The position numbers were made by a program, and so were the translations under genes. The notes beneath the pieces are model-generated. The model did no database searches. It was not told the DNA's origin and saw nothing but the letters and a program-made list of their open reading frames with translations. This document shows, piece after piece, positions 8,935 through 16,477 of a stretch of DNA of 64,000 bases. The stretch lies in IMG/VR virus record IMGVR_UViG_3300005434_000009, positions 8,581-72,580 of that record. One strand, given 5' to 3'. Each line of letters starts with the position of its first letter. The stretch's first letter is position 1. The DNA comes from a virus. Taxonomy: Duplodnaviria; Caudoviricetes.

Positions 8935-9368
8935 GCCGCGCCTTCCTCGGCGATGAGTTCGGCGAGCTCGGAGTCCACGTCGTAGCCGGCGTACTCCGCC
9001 CCACGGGGGCAGCGGTTATACGACATGGCCAGGAAGGAACGGAGAACCTCGGCACTCATGGAGAACGTGGCCGTACCGGAGAGGCTTTCCAGATGCAGAC
9101 CCACGCAGGTGGGGTTGGCGACGGGGAACACCTGGTAGTCCGACAGGCCGGCGGGGAAGGTCATTCCGTCGGCCAAGGCGTCGCGGGACAGGACCCAGGT
9201 GACGGGCATGGTGTCGCGGGCGATGAACTCCATGGTGACCGCGAGGGGGTAGTTGGGGTCCCAGCGGAGACCCACTCGGACCGGGGTGCGGTCGGGAGTG
9301 CCGGGGTCGAGAGTGAAGACGGCCCAGCAGAGGAGGGAGCCGTCGTTGAGGGTGTAGGTGGTCATCAC
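8931..9368 (-). CDS. SsgA-like (SALP) sporulation/cell-division protein
   Basis: LRWDPNYPLAVTMEF...VTWVLSRDALADG..P.G..D..V.P...HLES.SG.A.F....LRSFL...P.G.E...DVDSEL follows the SALP consensus. Confidence 0.8.
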   Translation of the reverse strand: MMTTYTLNDGSLLCWAVFTLDPGTPDRTPVRVGLRWDPNYPLAVTMEFIARDTMPVTWVLSRDALADGMTFPAGLSDYQVFPVANPTCVGLHLESLSGTATFSMSAEVLRSFLAMSYNRCPRGAEYAGYDVDSELAELIAEEGAA

Positions 9369-9862
9369 GACGCCGGCCTCCCCTCAGCGGCCGGCAGCTC
9401 CAGCACTCCGGAGGCGATGAGGTCGGAGAGTTTGGCCTGAATGAGGGCCTTGCCTTCCGGGGACGGGCTCACCACATAGCTGGCGGAGCCTTCCTGGCCT
9501 TCGATGCCGGGGATGATCTCCCCTTCCGCGTCGAAGGCGAAGCCGTGTTCCTTGCACTGCTTGCGCAGGTACTCCAGGAACGCCGGCCGGATGGTGGGGA
9601 CCAGTTCCACCTCGTCGGGGCGGTTCTTGCGGCACCACTTCAGCAGGGCATCGGCGTCTGTGGTGACGGCCACGACGGAGCGTTCGTTGCGGCGAACCTT
9701 CCCGACCCGAGTTCCGTCTCCGAGCTGGGCGGTGATGTGCTCACCGGGCTCCAGGCCGGGCTCCACAACGTCACGGACAGCCTTGGCCAGCCTCGTGGCC
9801 TCTTCGACGAAGACCTTGGCCACGATGGCGCGGCCGGCGAGCTGCCTATCGGTCTCGTTCAC
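9365..9862 (-). CDS. Hypothetical protein, Gam/Gp157-like
   Basis: DADALLKWCRKNRPDEV...GEIIPGIE; located in the recombination module. Confidence 0.5.
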   Translation of the reverse strand: MNETDRQLAGRAIVAKVFVEEATRLAKAVRDVVEPGLEPGEHITAQLGDGTRVGKVRRNERSVVAVTTDADALLKWCRKNRPDEVELVPTIRPAFLEYLRKQCKEHGFAFDAEGEIIPGIEGQEGSASYVVSPSPEGKALIQAKLSDLIASGVLELPAAEGRPAS

Positions 9863-10041
9863 GAATCCTCCAGGTCGTCTGGCCACTCGATGCGGAAGAT
9901 GAGGGAGTCCCAGTAGTGCTCGATGGACTTGACCCACTTGCTCAGCTCGTCCGGCCGGAGGTGCCGGATGTCGTACTCGAGGCAAACGCGGTCGCTGACC
10001 CGGTGGACGATGCGGACGATGCCGCTGGTTCGGACGCTCAC
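9859..10041 (-). CDS. Small hypothetical protein
   Basis: Coupled overlaps on both sides. Confidence 0.5.
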   Translation of the reverse strand: MSVRTSGIVRIVHRVSDRVCLEYDIRHLRPDELSKWVKSIEHYWDSLIFRIEWPDDLEDS

Positions 10042-10220
10042 GCCGCCCACCCCTTCAGTCCGCGACCTGACGTCCCCCAGGGGGCGAGGGCTTCGAGTTC
10101 GTCCCGGTAGTTCTGGCAGCCCTCAACAGCGCAGTGGGCGAGCGGGTGCTCCCCGGTGTCCGGGCAGAGGTCGTCGTCCGGTAGGGGTTCCCGGGGGATG
10201 GAGTAGACGGAGGAGGTCAT
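10038..10220 (-). CDS. Small Cys/His-containing hypothetical protein
   Basis: CPDTGEHPLAHCAVEGC; coupled overlaps. Confidence 0.5.
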   Translation of the reverse strand: MTSSVYSIPREPLPDDDLCPDTGEHPLAHCAVEGCQNYRDELEALAPWGTSGRGLKGWAA

Positions 10221-11074
10221 GAGGCCGCCGCCGTGGTCGAGACAGGTCGTCCGGCGATGTCCACCTCGCGGACCACGAACGCACGGTTGGTCTTACATTT
10301 CGCCGTGCCGGAGTCGGTCAGAGGCCGGAGGTCGGACAGCTTGATCGTGCACTCCAGGAACCGGGTGGCCGCGTAGTCGTAGGACGACGCCTGAGCGGGG
10401 CTGGGCGAGAAGTGCAGGCCGTTGCCGCACTCGTTGGTGTCGCGCCAGTCATCACAAGTGACCTCGGTGCCGACCGTGTAGAGGGCGCCGTGGGCGGAGC
10501 GGTAGTCGTCCCGGACGGCCTTGAACACGGTGACGGTGTCTTCGTTAGGGAGTTGCGCCCCGTGGTAGTCGGCCCAGGTGGCGGGGGCTGACTGGTCGAC
10601 AGCGGTGTGGTCGATGAGGACCCCGCCTTCGATACAGGCGCGGCCGGAGTGCAGGTGCACTGCGGTGTGCGATGAGGCCCTCACCGTGCTGGAGCCGTAG
10701 GCCCTCACCGTGCTGGAGTCGCAGGCCGTCACCGTGCTGGAGCCGCAGGCCGTCACCGTGCTGGAGTCGTAGGCCCTCACCGTGCTGGAGCCGCAGGCCG
10801 TCACCGTGCTGGAGCCGTAGGCCGTCACCGTGCTGGAGCCGTAGGCCGTCACCGTGCTGGAGTCGTAGGCCGTCACCGTGCTGGAGTCGTAGGCCGTCAC
10901 CGTGCTGGAGCCGCAGGCCCTCACCGTGCTGGAGTCGTAGGCCGTCACCGTGCTGGAGTCGCAGGCCGTCACCTCGATCCATACCCCCTGCGGGGAACGG
11001 ATCTCGATCCAACCGACCTTGTCGGCGATCGCCTTGTTCAGTTCAACCTGGTTCTTGACGATGCGCTCGCTCAT
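10217..11074 (-). CDS. Octapeptide-repeat (beta-solenoid) protein with DUF7666-like C-terminus
   Basis: 12 x (T/R)A(Y/C)(D/G)SSTV followed by VFKAV...Y.VG...ECGNGLHF... Confidence 0.75.
   Translation of the reverse strand: MSERIVKNQVELNKAIADKVGWIEIRSPQGVWIEVTACDSSTVTAYDSSTVRACGSSTVTAYDSSTVTAYDSSTVTAYGSSTVTAYGSSTVTACGSSTVRAYDSSTVTACGSSTVTACDSSTVRAYGSSTVRASSHTAVHLHSGRACIEGGVLIDHTAVDQSAPATWADYHGAQLPNEDTVTVFKAVRDDYRSAHGALYTVGTEVTCDDWRDTNECGNGLHFSPSPAQASSYDYAATRFLECTIKLSDLRPLTDSGTAKCKTNRAFVVREVDIAGRPVSTTAAAS
10675..10973. repeat. 24-bp tandem repeat, 12 full units plus a partial unit
   Basis: Unit AGGCC(C/G)TCACCGTGCTGGAG(C/T)CG(T/C) on the + strand. Confidence 0.98.
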
Positions 11075-11637
11075 GCCGCCACCTGCTCTCGGGTCGTAAC
11101 GGGAAGGGGCTGGACGGTGACGGGGGTGAATCGGCCGAACTTCTCGGCGTAGTCCACGAGCTCGAGCACATGGTCGCGGCAGGCGCATTCGCGGCGGGCG
11201 GCGTGTCCCCGGGACTCGAACTCCACGACATACGCCACCGCCTGGTCACACCCGGGGAGACCCTCACAGCGGGTGGAGGCGAGGTGGGACAGCTCGTCGT
11301 CGTGCCGGAACTCGGCCGGCAGGTGCAGGGTCACGTCGTAGACGCGGCGGGCGTACAGGCCCAGATCCAACAGGTCCCGGATGACCCGATCCGCACACCA
11401 ACGGCCGCACACGTCGGTGAAGAACACCGACCCGCCCTCCGTCTTGCGGTAGGTGACACGCCACTGGGCGGGAACGTCCTCGGCGTCGCACTCCCCGCAG
11501 GCTCCGACGGTGTAGGCGTCCAGGTCGACCAGGACGGTGACCCGGGAGTCACGGGCGACCGGAGGGAGGTCGTCGGTGAAGGGGGTGGCGTTCGACAGGT
11601 CGCGGGCCGGGGCAAGTTGTGGGAACATGGTGGTCAC
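11071..11637 (-). CDS. Cys-rich hypothetical protein (paralog of 15891-16373)
   Basis: AGGAGAG RBS before GTG at 11637; CxxC and VCGRWCA motifs. Confidence 0.65.
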   Translation of the reverse strand: MTTMFPQLAPARDLSNATPFTDDLPPVARDSRVTVLVDLDAYTVGACGECDAEDVPAQWRVTYRKTEGGSVFFTDVCGRWCADRVIRDLLDLGLYARRVYDVTLHLPAEFRHDDELSHLASTRCEGLPGCDQAVAYVVEFESRGHAARRECACRDHVLELVDYAEKFGRFTPVTVQPLPVTTREQVAA

Positions 11638-11724
11638 AGCGATTCTCTCCTGAGTTTCCGTTGTCACGAGAGCCCACTTCTGCTTGCCGGCGCGGTGGGC
11701 TTTCGTGCTGTCTGGGGTCGAGCT

Positions 11725-11805
11725 GTTACGTGTAACCCTAGACCCGAACGGGCGTTGTGCGCAACCCCTGTTCCGTGTAACGTCACTTGTGTTGTTACGT
11801 GTATC
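11725..11805. promoter_or_regulatory. Three near-palindromic operator sites in a divergent promoter region
   Basis: GTTACGTGTAAC (11725), GTTCCGTGTAAC (11770), GTTACGTGTATC (11794). Confidence 0.65.
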
Positions 11806-11842
11806 CACCCCATCTGACCAGGGCCTACGTTGTGGAGGTGTG

Positions 11843-12097
11843 ATGGAGCTAGTTACAGTGCTTCCCGTGTCCGGGAGCCGTCGCGTGATCCCCCCGCGCT
11901 CGGCGCAGATTGAGGACGAGGTCTGGTTTCCCGCGCTGCGCATCGCATTCCTGCGCCGCGAGAAGATGTCGCAGGTCATCAGAGCGGCCGTGGTGCGATA
12001 CGTCGGCAGGCACAAGGGGCTGCTGGATGCTGATCCCGAGTGGCCAGACGCGGCCATGGAGGAGTACCGCCGAAACGGCAGATGGTCAAGGCGCTGA
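11843..12097 (+). CDS. Ribbon-helix-helix transcriptional regulator
   Basis: GGAGG RBS; PPRSAQIEDEVW..A..IA..R.EKMSQVIRAAVVRYV. Confidence 0.7.
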   Translation: MELVTVLPVSGSRRVIPPRSAQIEDEVWFPALRIAFLRREKMSQVIRAAVVRYVGRHKGLLDADPEWPDAAMEEYRRNGRWSRR

Positions 12098-12100
12098 TCA

Positions 12101-12445
12101 GTGGCTGCTACTCGAGAGAGATCGGTCAAGGTCAGACTGCGCAACCAGTCGCATGTGCTGTACCGCATGTACGGCCCGGATCGTCGGCTGCTGTACATCG
12201 GGCTGACCACGAACCTTGAGGACCGCCTGGCCGACCACCGCAGCATGAAGCGGTGGTGGCGGGAGGTTGCGACGATCGAGCTGGAGCACTTCTCCACCCG
12301 CCCTGAAGCGGTGGAGGCCGAGCGCCGGGCCATCATCGACGAGGTGCCCGAGTACAACGTGACGAACGGGTACGCGCCGGCCGTTTCGCTGCATCCGAAG
12401 CCGGCGCGGCGCCGGCGGCCCAGCTCGGTTGAGGCAGGCGAGTAG
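12101..12445 (+). CDS. Small GIY-YIG nuclease
   Basis: LYRMY...LLYIGLT..LEDR...H...EAERRAI..E.PEYN. Confidence 0.8.
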   Translation: MAATRERSVKVRLRNQSHVLYRMYGPDRRLLYIGLTTNLEDRLADHRSMKRWWREVATIELEHFSTRPEAVEAERRAIIDEVPEYNVTNGYAPAVSLHPKPARRRRPSSVEAGE

Positions 12446-12446
12446 C

Positions 12447-12731
12447 TCACGCGGCCACCTGCCCGGCGATCAGATCCTGACCGGTTCGGTTCGCCCACCG
12501 ACACCGCCAGCAGGCTTCCTCTCCGTTGCGGAGGTGCCGTTTGTACGCCGCTCGCGTACCGCAGGGCTTCAAGACTCGCGCGACTCCCGCTCGCCGCTTC
12601 CAGTCCTGCCACGCCAGTCGGTGAGCGTCCAGGCAGTCAAGGCACGGGTACTCGCTGGCGGCGAGGTGCAGCCGGTAACCATGATCACGGCCGCACTGCT
12701 TCCGGGTAGTCGGGGGCAGCTTCCGCATCAC
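12447..12731 (-). CDS. Zn-finger repeat protein (CGT.AAY.RH.R.GE..C..C, two copies)
   Basis: Two C-x-G...H...C-xx-C units; adjacent to whiB. Confidence 0.7.
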   Translation of the reverse strand: MMRKLPPTTRKQCGRDHGYRLHLAASEYPCLDCLDAHRLAWQDWKRRAGVARVLKPCGTRAAYKRHLRNGEEACWRCRWANRTGQDLIAGQVAA

Positions 12732-13021
12732 GCCACCCGGCCTTCCCGGATGCGGCGACGCTGCTGCTCCCCCAACCCGCCACGCACACCCCACAGGTCA
12801 CCGGTCGAGTCCGCGTCTTCGAGGCATTCGTCCCGGACCGGGCACCGGCGACAGATACGCACAGCGGGGAGCGCGGACTCACCCTTCTCCGGGAAGAAAA
12901 TGGCGGGATCAACCTCACGGCAGGCCGCGTACTCCACCCACGGCCGGTCGCAGTCGAGCCCGAGTAGGCGTTGCAGTTGGCCGGGTGTGGCTTTCGGCCA
13001 CCAGGTGCGGACAGCCATCAC
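12728..13021 (-). CDS. whiB: WhiB-family transcription factor
   Basis: AACREVDPAIFFP...CRRCPVRDECL...WGVRGG: four Cys plus a G[VI]xGG turn. Confidence 0.92.
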   Translation of the reverse strand: MMAVRTWWPKATPGQLQRLLGLDCDRPWVEYAACREVDPAIFFPEKGESALPAVRICRRCPVRDECLEDADSTGDLWGVRGGLGEQQRRRIREGRVA

Positions 13022-13410
13022 GCCACCATCCGCAGCAGCAGGTCGGAGAACGGGTGCGACAACGGGGCCTCACCGGCCGGCCGGGTCGCCAACTCGGTGT
13101 TGGCCTGGACCAACGCCCGGTACACCCGTTCCAATTCGGCCCGCAGGTGGTCGTTTTCCGCTCTCAGCCCGGTTACGTCGGATCGGCCGGGGATGAGGAT
13201 CCCGGTTTCGAATCCGCGTCGTACCGCGTGCGCGGCTGTTCTTGCCCCCATCCGGTCGTAGGCCCGTTTCAGGTGGGACACCACTGACGGCAGGGTGAGC
13301 TCTAGTTCTTGGGCGGCGTGTTGGTAGGTGGCGCCGTGGGAGATGAGGTCCAGGATTTGTTCTTGGCGGTCGTGGGACCGGGCGAGACGGGCGGAACGCT
13401 TGTCGGTCAC
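13018..13410 (-). CDS. LuxR/GerE-type HTH protein
   Basis: QEQILDLISHGATYQHAAQELELT..SVVSHLKRAYDRMGART.AHAV..G.E.GIL. Confidence 0.85.
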   Translation of the reverse strand: MTDKRSARLARSHDRQEQILDLISHGATYQHAAQELELTLPSVVSHLKRAYDRMGARTAAHAVRRGFETGILIPGRSDVTGLRAENDHLRAELERVYRALVQANTELATRPAGEAPLSHPFSDLLLRMVA

Positions 13411-13622
13411 TTCGCTTCCCCCAGGATTCGACGGGCCTCAGCCCACAGCGGGGTCATGTCGCCGGCGTGGTCGTCCTCGATGGCGTCCACTAGCTGCTTC
13501 AGCACCTCGCGGGTCGACTCGTCCCTCCGCTGTTCGTCCGGCTGGTCGTCGGTGGTGACAGTCACCAACAGTGCGAGGACGCCGTACGCCAACAGGGCAA
13601 GAAACAACGGTTCGTTCAGCAC
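13407..13622 (-). CDS. Small membrane protein
   Basis: Hydrophobic N-terminus LFLALLAYGVLALLVTV. Confidence 0.5.
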   Translation of the reverse strand: MLNEPLFLALLAYGVLALLVTVTTDDQPDEQRRDESTREVLKQLVDAIEDDHAGDMTPLWAEARRILGEAK

Positions 13623-13732
13623 GGCCACTCCCTGTCCTCCACCCACCCGGTCTCCCACCCTTTGATGAGGGAGGCGAAACCGATGCAGTCGACGGCCAGG
13701 ACGGCGACACAGACGAGGACCACGGCGATCAC
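13616..13732 (-). CDS. Small hydrophobic protein (38 aa)
   Basis: GTG overlaps the MTase stop; VIAVVLVCVAVLAVDC... Confidence 0.4.
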   Translation of the reverse strand: MIAVVLVCVAVLAVDCIGFASLIKGWETGWVEDREWPC

Positions 13733-14846
13733 GCGGCCACCGCCTCGGTTGAAACCAGACGGGGCAGGAGAAGCCGTAGGGCGGCCTCCGCCTGTTGCGG
13801 GATGACGCCGTTACCCAGAAGCTTCAGCTGCTGGTTACGGGTCAGTCCGGGGACGTCGCACACCCAGCCTTCGGGGAGGCCCATGAGCCATTCCACGAAC
13901 GGTGCGGCCAACTGCCGGCCACCACGCAGGCCTAGAACAGTCGGGGCGGGTGCGGGCCGTCCGAGGAGGGCTTCCCATCGTCGGATGGCGGGTTCGTATC
14001 CGGCCCAGTCCAGAACACGTCCGTCAACGTCTGGCCGGCGTGGTGGGCACTGTCCGGGTTCGACCGGCCCGAGGTGGCGTTCCTGGTCCCCCGCGAGTCC
14101 GCGACCGTCGGCGTCGGCAGGAGCATCACGGCGTTCGGTAGCTGGTTGTTCCTGCACGGGTCGTCGCTGACCGATCCGTCGGACAGCACCCGGTTCTTCC
14201 TCGCCGACGGGCCTTTGTGATCCCTGCTCGTCGGGGTGGGAAGCAACGCGATCGCGTCGTCCAGATTCCGTTTGCCTTGGATGAACATCCGCCGGAACGC
14301 CGTCTTCGTCGACATCGACCTGCTCGCTGAGTCTACGTCCCTGGCCTGAGGCGTCGGCAGCAGTGATGAAGATCCGCTCCCGGCGGTGGGGGGCTCCAAC
14401 GGCGGAAGCTCGTAGGCTTCCCCAGCACGCGTCATACCCGATTTGGGCCAGGTCGCCGACGGCTCGGGCAAGCTCCCCAGCGCCAGCGATAGCGCTGACG
14501 TTCTCCAGGACGACGAGTCGTGGTCGTAGCGTGCGAATGGCTCCGGCAACTGCCGGCCAGATGGCCCGCTCATCCTCTGCGCCCTTCCTCTTCCCTGCCT
14601 GCGACCAGGGCTGGCAGGGCCAGCCGGCGGTGATGACTTCGACCGGTTCGGCCCGTGCCCAGTCCATGGCGATCAGGTCGTGGTGGTTCGGGATGCCAGG
14701 GTGGTTGTGGGCGAGCAGTGTTGAGGCTCCAGCGTCGATGTCGCACACCCACGCCAACTCGCCACCCAGCACGGCCTGCACGGCCATATCAAGGCCGCCG
14801 TTCAATAGCCTGAGCACAGGGAACCGATTCGGAGCTGCTCAGACAT
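13729..14846 (-). pseudogene. C5 cytosine DNA methyltransferase with motif I broken by a 5-nt insertion
   Basis: ATG at 14846 gives MSEQLRIGSLCSGY*; the shifted frame resumes GGLDMAV...AGWPCQPWS (motif IV)...LENV (VI)...HRRERIF (VIII)...LGNGV.P (X). Confidence 0.8.
13932..14573 (-). CDS. Nested alternative-frame ORF inside the MTase (EcoHK31I beta-like)
   Basis: 213 codons open in another frame with SWRT, WPKSGMTRAG and three LLPTP repeats. Confidence 0.55.
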   Translation of the reverse strand: MSGPSGRQLPEPFARYDHDSSSWRTSALSLALGSLPEPSATWPKSGMTRAGEAYELPPLEPPTAGSGSSSLLPTPQARDVDSASRSMSTKTAFRRMFIQGKRNLDDAIALLPTPTSRDHKGPSARKNRVLSDGSVSDDPCRNNQLPNAVMLLPTPTVADSRGTRNATSGRSNPDSAHHAGQTLTDVFWTGPDTNPPSDDGKPSSDGPHPPRLF

Positions 14847-15417
14847 AGGACATCACCCCCCGTGGTGGCGAGGTGCGCTCGCCGGTCAGCCTGCGACGTG
14901 CGGCGTCGTAGGTGCGATGGCACGGGACGCACATACGCTCGTAATCAGCGACGTTGTCGTATCGCCCGGTCAGATTGGCCCACTCATAGCGGACATCGGG
15001 GGCGCCAGTCCCGCACTGCTCGCAACGGGACGGTTTGCCCCGAGCGGCGGCGACGCGCAAGTGCAGAGCGGTGTAGCTGGCACCTGACCCGCGCCAGCTG
15101 CCGTTACGCTCGCCGGTCTGGTCGCGCGGTACCGCTGGCCTTCGTTCAGCGATGAACCGCTCAACCAGCGCTTGCGCCTTATACCCGGACCCGATCACGG
15201 TGTCGATCTCGCGGATGGTTGCGCCGTCGGCGTACATCTGCCGAACAGCCTCAACAAGATCCGGCGGATAGTCCCGTTTCGGTCGACCAGGCGAGGGGCG
15301 TTCGCGTTCCCGCAAGCGCGCTCGACACACGGGCGAGCAGGAGCGGGCGGTGAGGGACTTTGTCGTCCACCGAGATCCGCAGTAATCGCAGGTCTTCTCC
15401 CGCAGCGAGGATGGCAT
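14839..15417 (-). CDS. HNH-type homing endonuclease with Zn-finger/HTH N-terminus
   Basis: GERNGSWRG...Y.ALH..V...RGKP..CEQCG...EWANLTG.Y.....Y.RMC..CH..YD. Confidence 0.7.
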   Translation of the reverse strand: MPSSLREKTCDYCGSRWTTKSLTARSCSPVCRARLRERERPSPGRPKRDYPPDLVEAVRQMYADGATIREIDTVIGSGYKAQALVERFIAERRPAVPRDQTGERNGSWRGSGASYTALHLRVAAARGKPSRCEQCGTGAPDVRYEWANLTGRYDNVADYERMCVPCHRTYDAARRRLTGERTSPPRGVMSYV

Positions 15418-15458
15418 CAGAGTCCGCCGTAACCGGTGCAGAGACTCCCGATCTTCAC
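15417..15458 (-). pseudogene. 13-codon stub of an MTase N-terminus (VKIGSLCTGYGGL*)
   Basis: GTG AAG ATC GGG AGT CTC TGC ACC GGT TAC GGC GGA CTC TGA encodes motif I; coupled to the upstream stop (GTGA) and the HNH start (TGATG). Confidence 0.75.
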
Positions 15459-15709
15459 CGGAAACACGCCCCCGTCATCACTGCCGGCCCGTACACGGGC
15501 ACATCAGCGGACACGAACGCCACCTGACCGAGCTCAGTCGGGTCCGGGGGTGCGACGGTGACCCCGAGAGAGCACACGACGGCGAGGAGGATGACGAACC
15601 CGGCGAGGGCGAGGCGGGTTTTCACGCACGGCCAGGCGTCTTCGACGTGGTCGATGACCCGCTGGTGGCGGTGAGGGCGTGGTTTGCGGTGCTTCCCGAC
15701 GTAGGACAT
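15455..15709 (-). CDS. Small membrane protein
   Basis: One TM segment LALAGFVILLAVVCSLGV. Confidence 0.5.
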   Translation of the reverse strand: MSYVGKHRKPRPHRHQRVIDHVEDAWPCVKTRLALAGFVILLAVVCSLGVTVAPPDPTELGQVAFVSADVPVYGPAVMTGACFR

Positions 15710-15894
15710 CAGGCGGCCCTCCGCTCGGCCTGAACCTCAGCCAGCGCCTGGCCGCGAGCCTGAGACAGGCCGTCAGGCACAGGCCGAGCCGGCCTGCCGC
15801 CGACGAGGCATGTGTCGCACAGCTCGAGGTTGGCGAACGCCTGACGGCCGCAGCGGTCGCATGGTCCGGGAACGGATAGGCAGCGGAAGATCAT
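15709..15894 (-). CDS. Small Zn-ribbon protein
   Basis: CDRCG...CDTC. Confidence 0.5.
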   Translation of the reverse strand: MIFRCLSVPGPCDRCGRQAFANLELCDTCLVGGRPARPVPDGLSQARGQALAEVQAERRAA

Positions 15895-16373
15895 GACGCC
15901 ACCGCCAGCTGCTCGATCCTGTTCAGCCCGAGCTGGGCGAGATGGGCACGGATCTCGTTGCGGGTCTTCTCGAACCGGGGGTCACCCGCCGGGTTCGGCA
16001 GAGACTCGACCAGGCGCAGACACCGCTGGATGCCGGCGAACAACGGGTCATCCCCCGAGGCGGGGGTTCGGGCCCAGTCGGTGGGCAGGTGCAGCCCTAG
16101 GCGGTACACCCCCCACTCGAGGAGTTCCCGCAGCTCCGTCTGTGCGCACGCCGCACCGCAGATGTTCTCGAAGTGCACCGGGTGGTCCGGGGAGAACTGG
16201 TAGGAGATCTGCCACCGCCCCATCGGGGCGACGTCCTCCCCCGCCCCCAGGATGTGGACGGAGCACTGGTCGAGTTCGACGTCGGCGTTGGCCTGGACGT
16301 CCACCTCAGGTAGGGAAGCGGCCGGGGGGAGTTCGTCGGCGCGACCTAACGCGGCCACCTGCTGCGCGGTCAT
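15891..16373 (-). CDS. Hypothetical protein (paralog of 11071-11637)
   Basis: W..SY...F.NICGAACA...LRELL..GVY..LHLP. Confidence 0.65.
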   Translation of the reverse strand: MTAQQVAALGRADELPPAASLPEVDVQANADVELDQCSVHILGAGEDVAPMGRWQISYQFSPDHPVHFENICGAACAQTELRELLEWGVYRLGLHLPTDWARTPASGDDPLFAGIQRCLRLVESLPNPAGDPRFEKTRNEIRAHLAQLGLNRIEQLAVAS

Positions 16374-16477
16374 AACGTGCAGCTCCCGTCGCAGGGCCAG
16401 GGCCGGGGCCGCAGGCAGATCGGGCAGATGTTCGAGGCCACTACATGCACCAGAAGGCGGAGGAAGAAGGTGCTCAC
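16370..16477 (-). CDS. Small Cys-rich protein (35 aa)
   Basis: Coupled on both sides; CPIC...PWPCDGSC. Confidence 0.4.
   Translation of the reverse strand: MSTFFLRLLVHVVASNICPICLRPRPWPCDGSCTL

Noticed and set aside
10675-10973. 24-bp repeats as a CRISPR array or DGR template/variable region
   Set aside because: No spacers, in-frame coding tandem repeat, no cas genes and no reverse transcriptase in the window
11744-11759. Second SOS box CCGAAC-GGGC-GTTGTG
   Set aside because: Several mismatches to the consensus, mostly in the right half-site
14803-15432. Group I intron containing the HNH ORF (a U/G splice would give CTG-NGGLD)
   Set aside because: Only about 50 nt lie outside the HNH ORF, too little for a ribozyme core, and I could not see P7/P3 elements; RT-PCR would settle it
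14842-15711. 14-nt near-direct repeat TGATGTCCTAYGTC flanking the HNH region
   Set aside because: One mismatch in 14 nt within about 1 kb is within chance expectation; both copies are explained by start/stop overlaps
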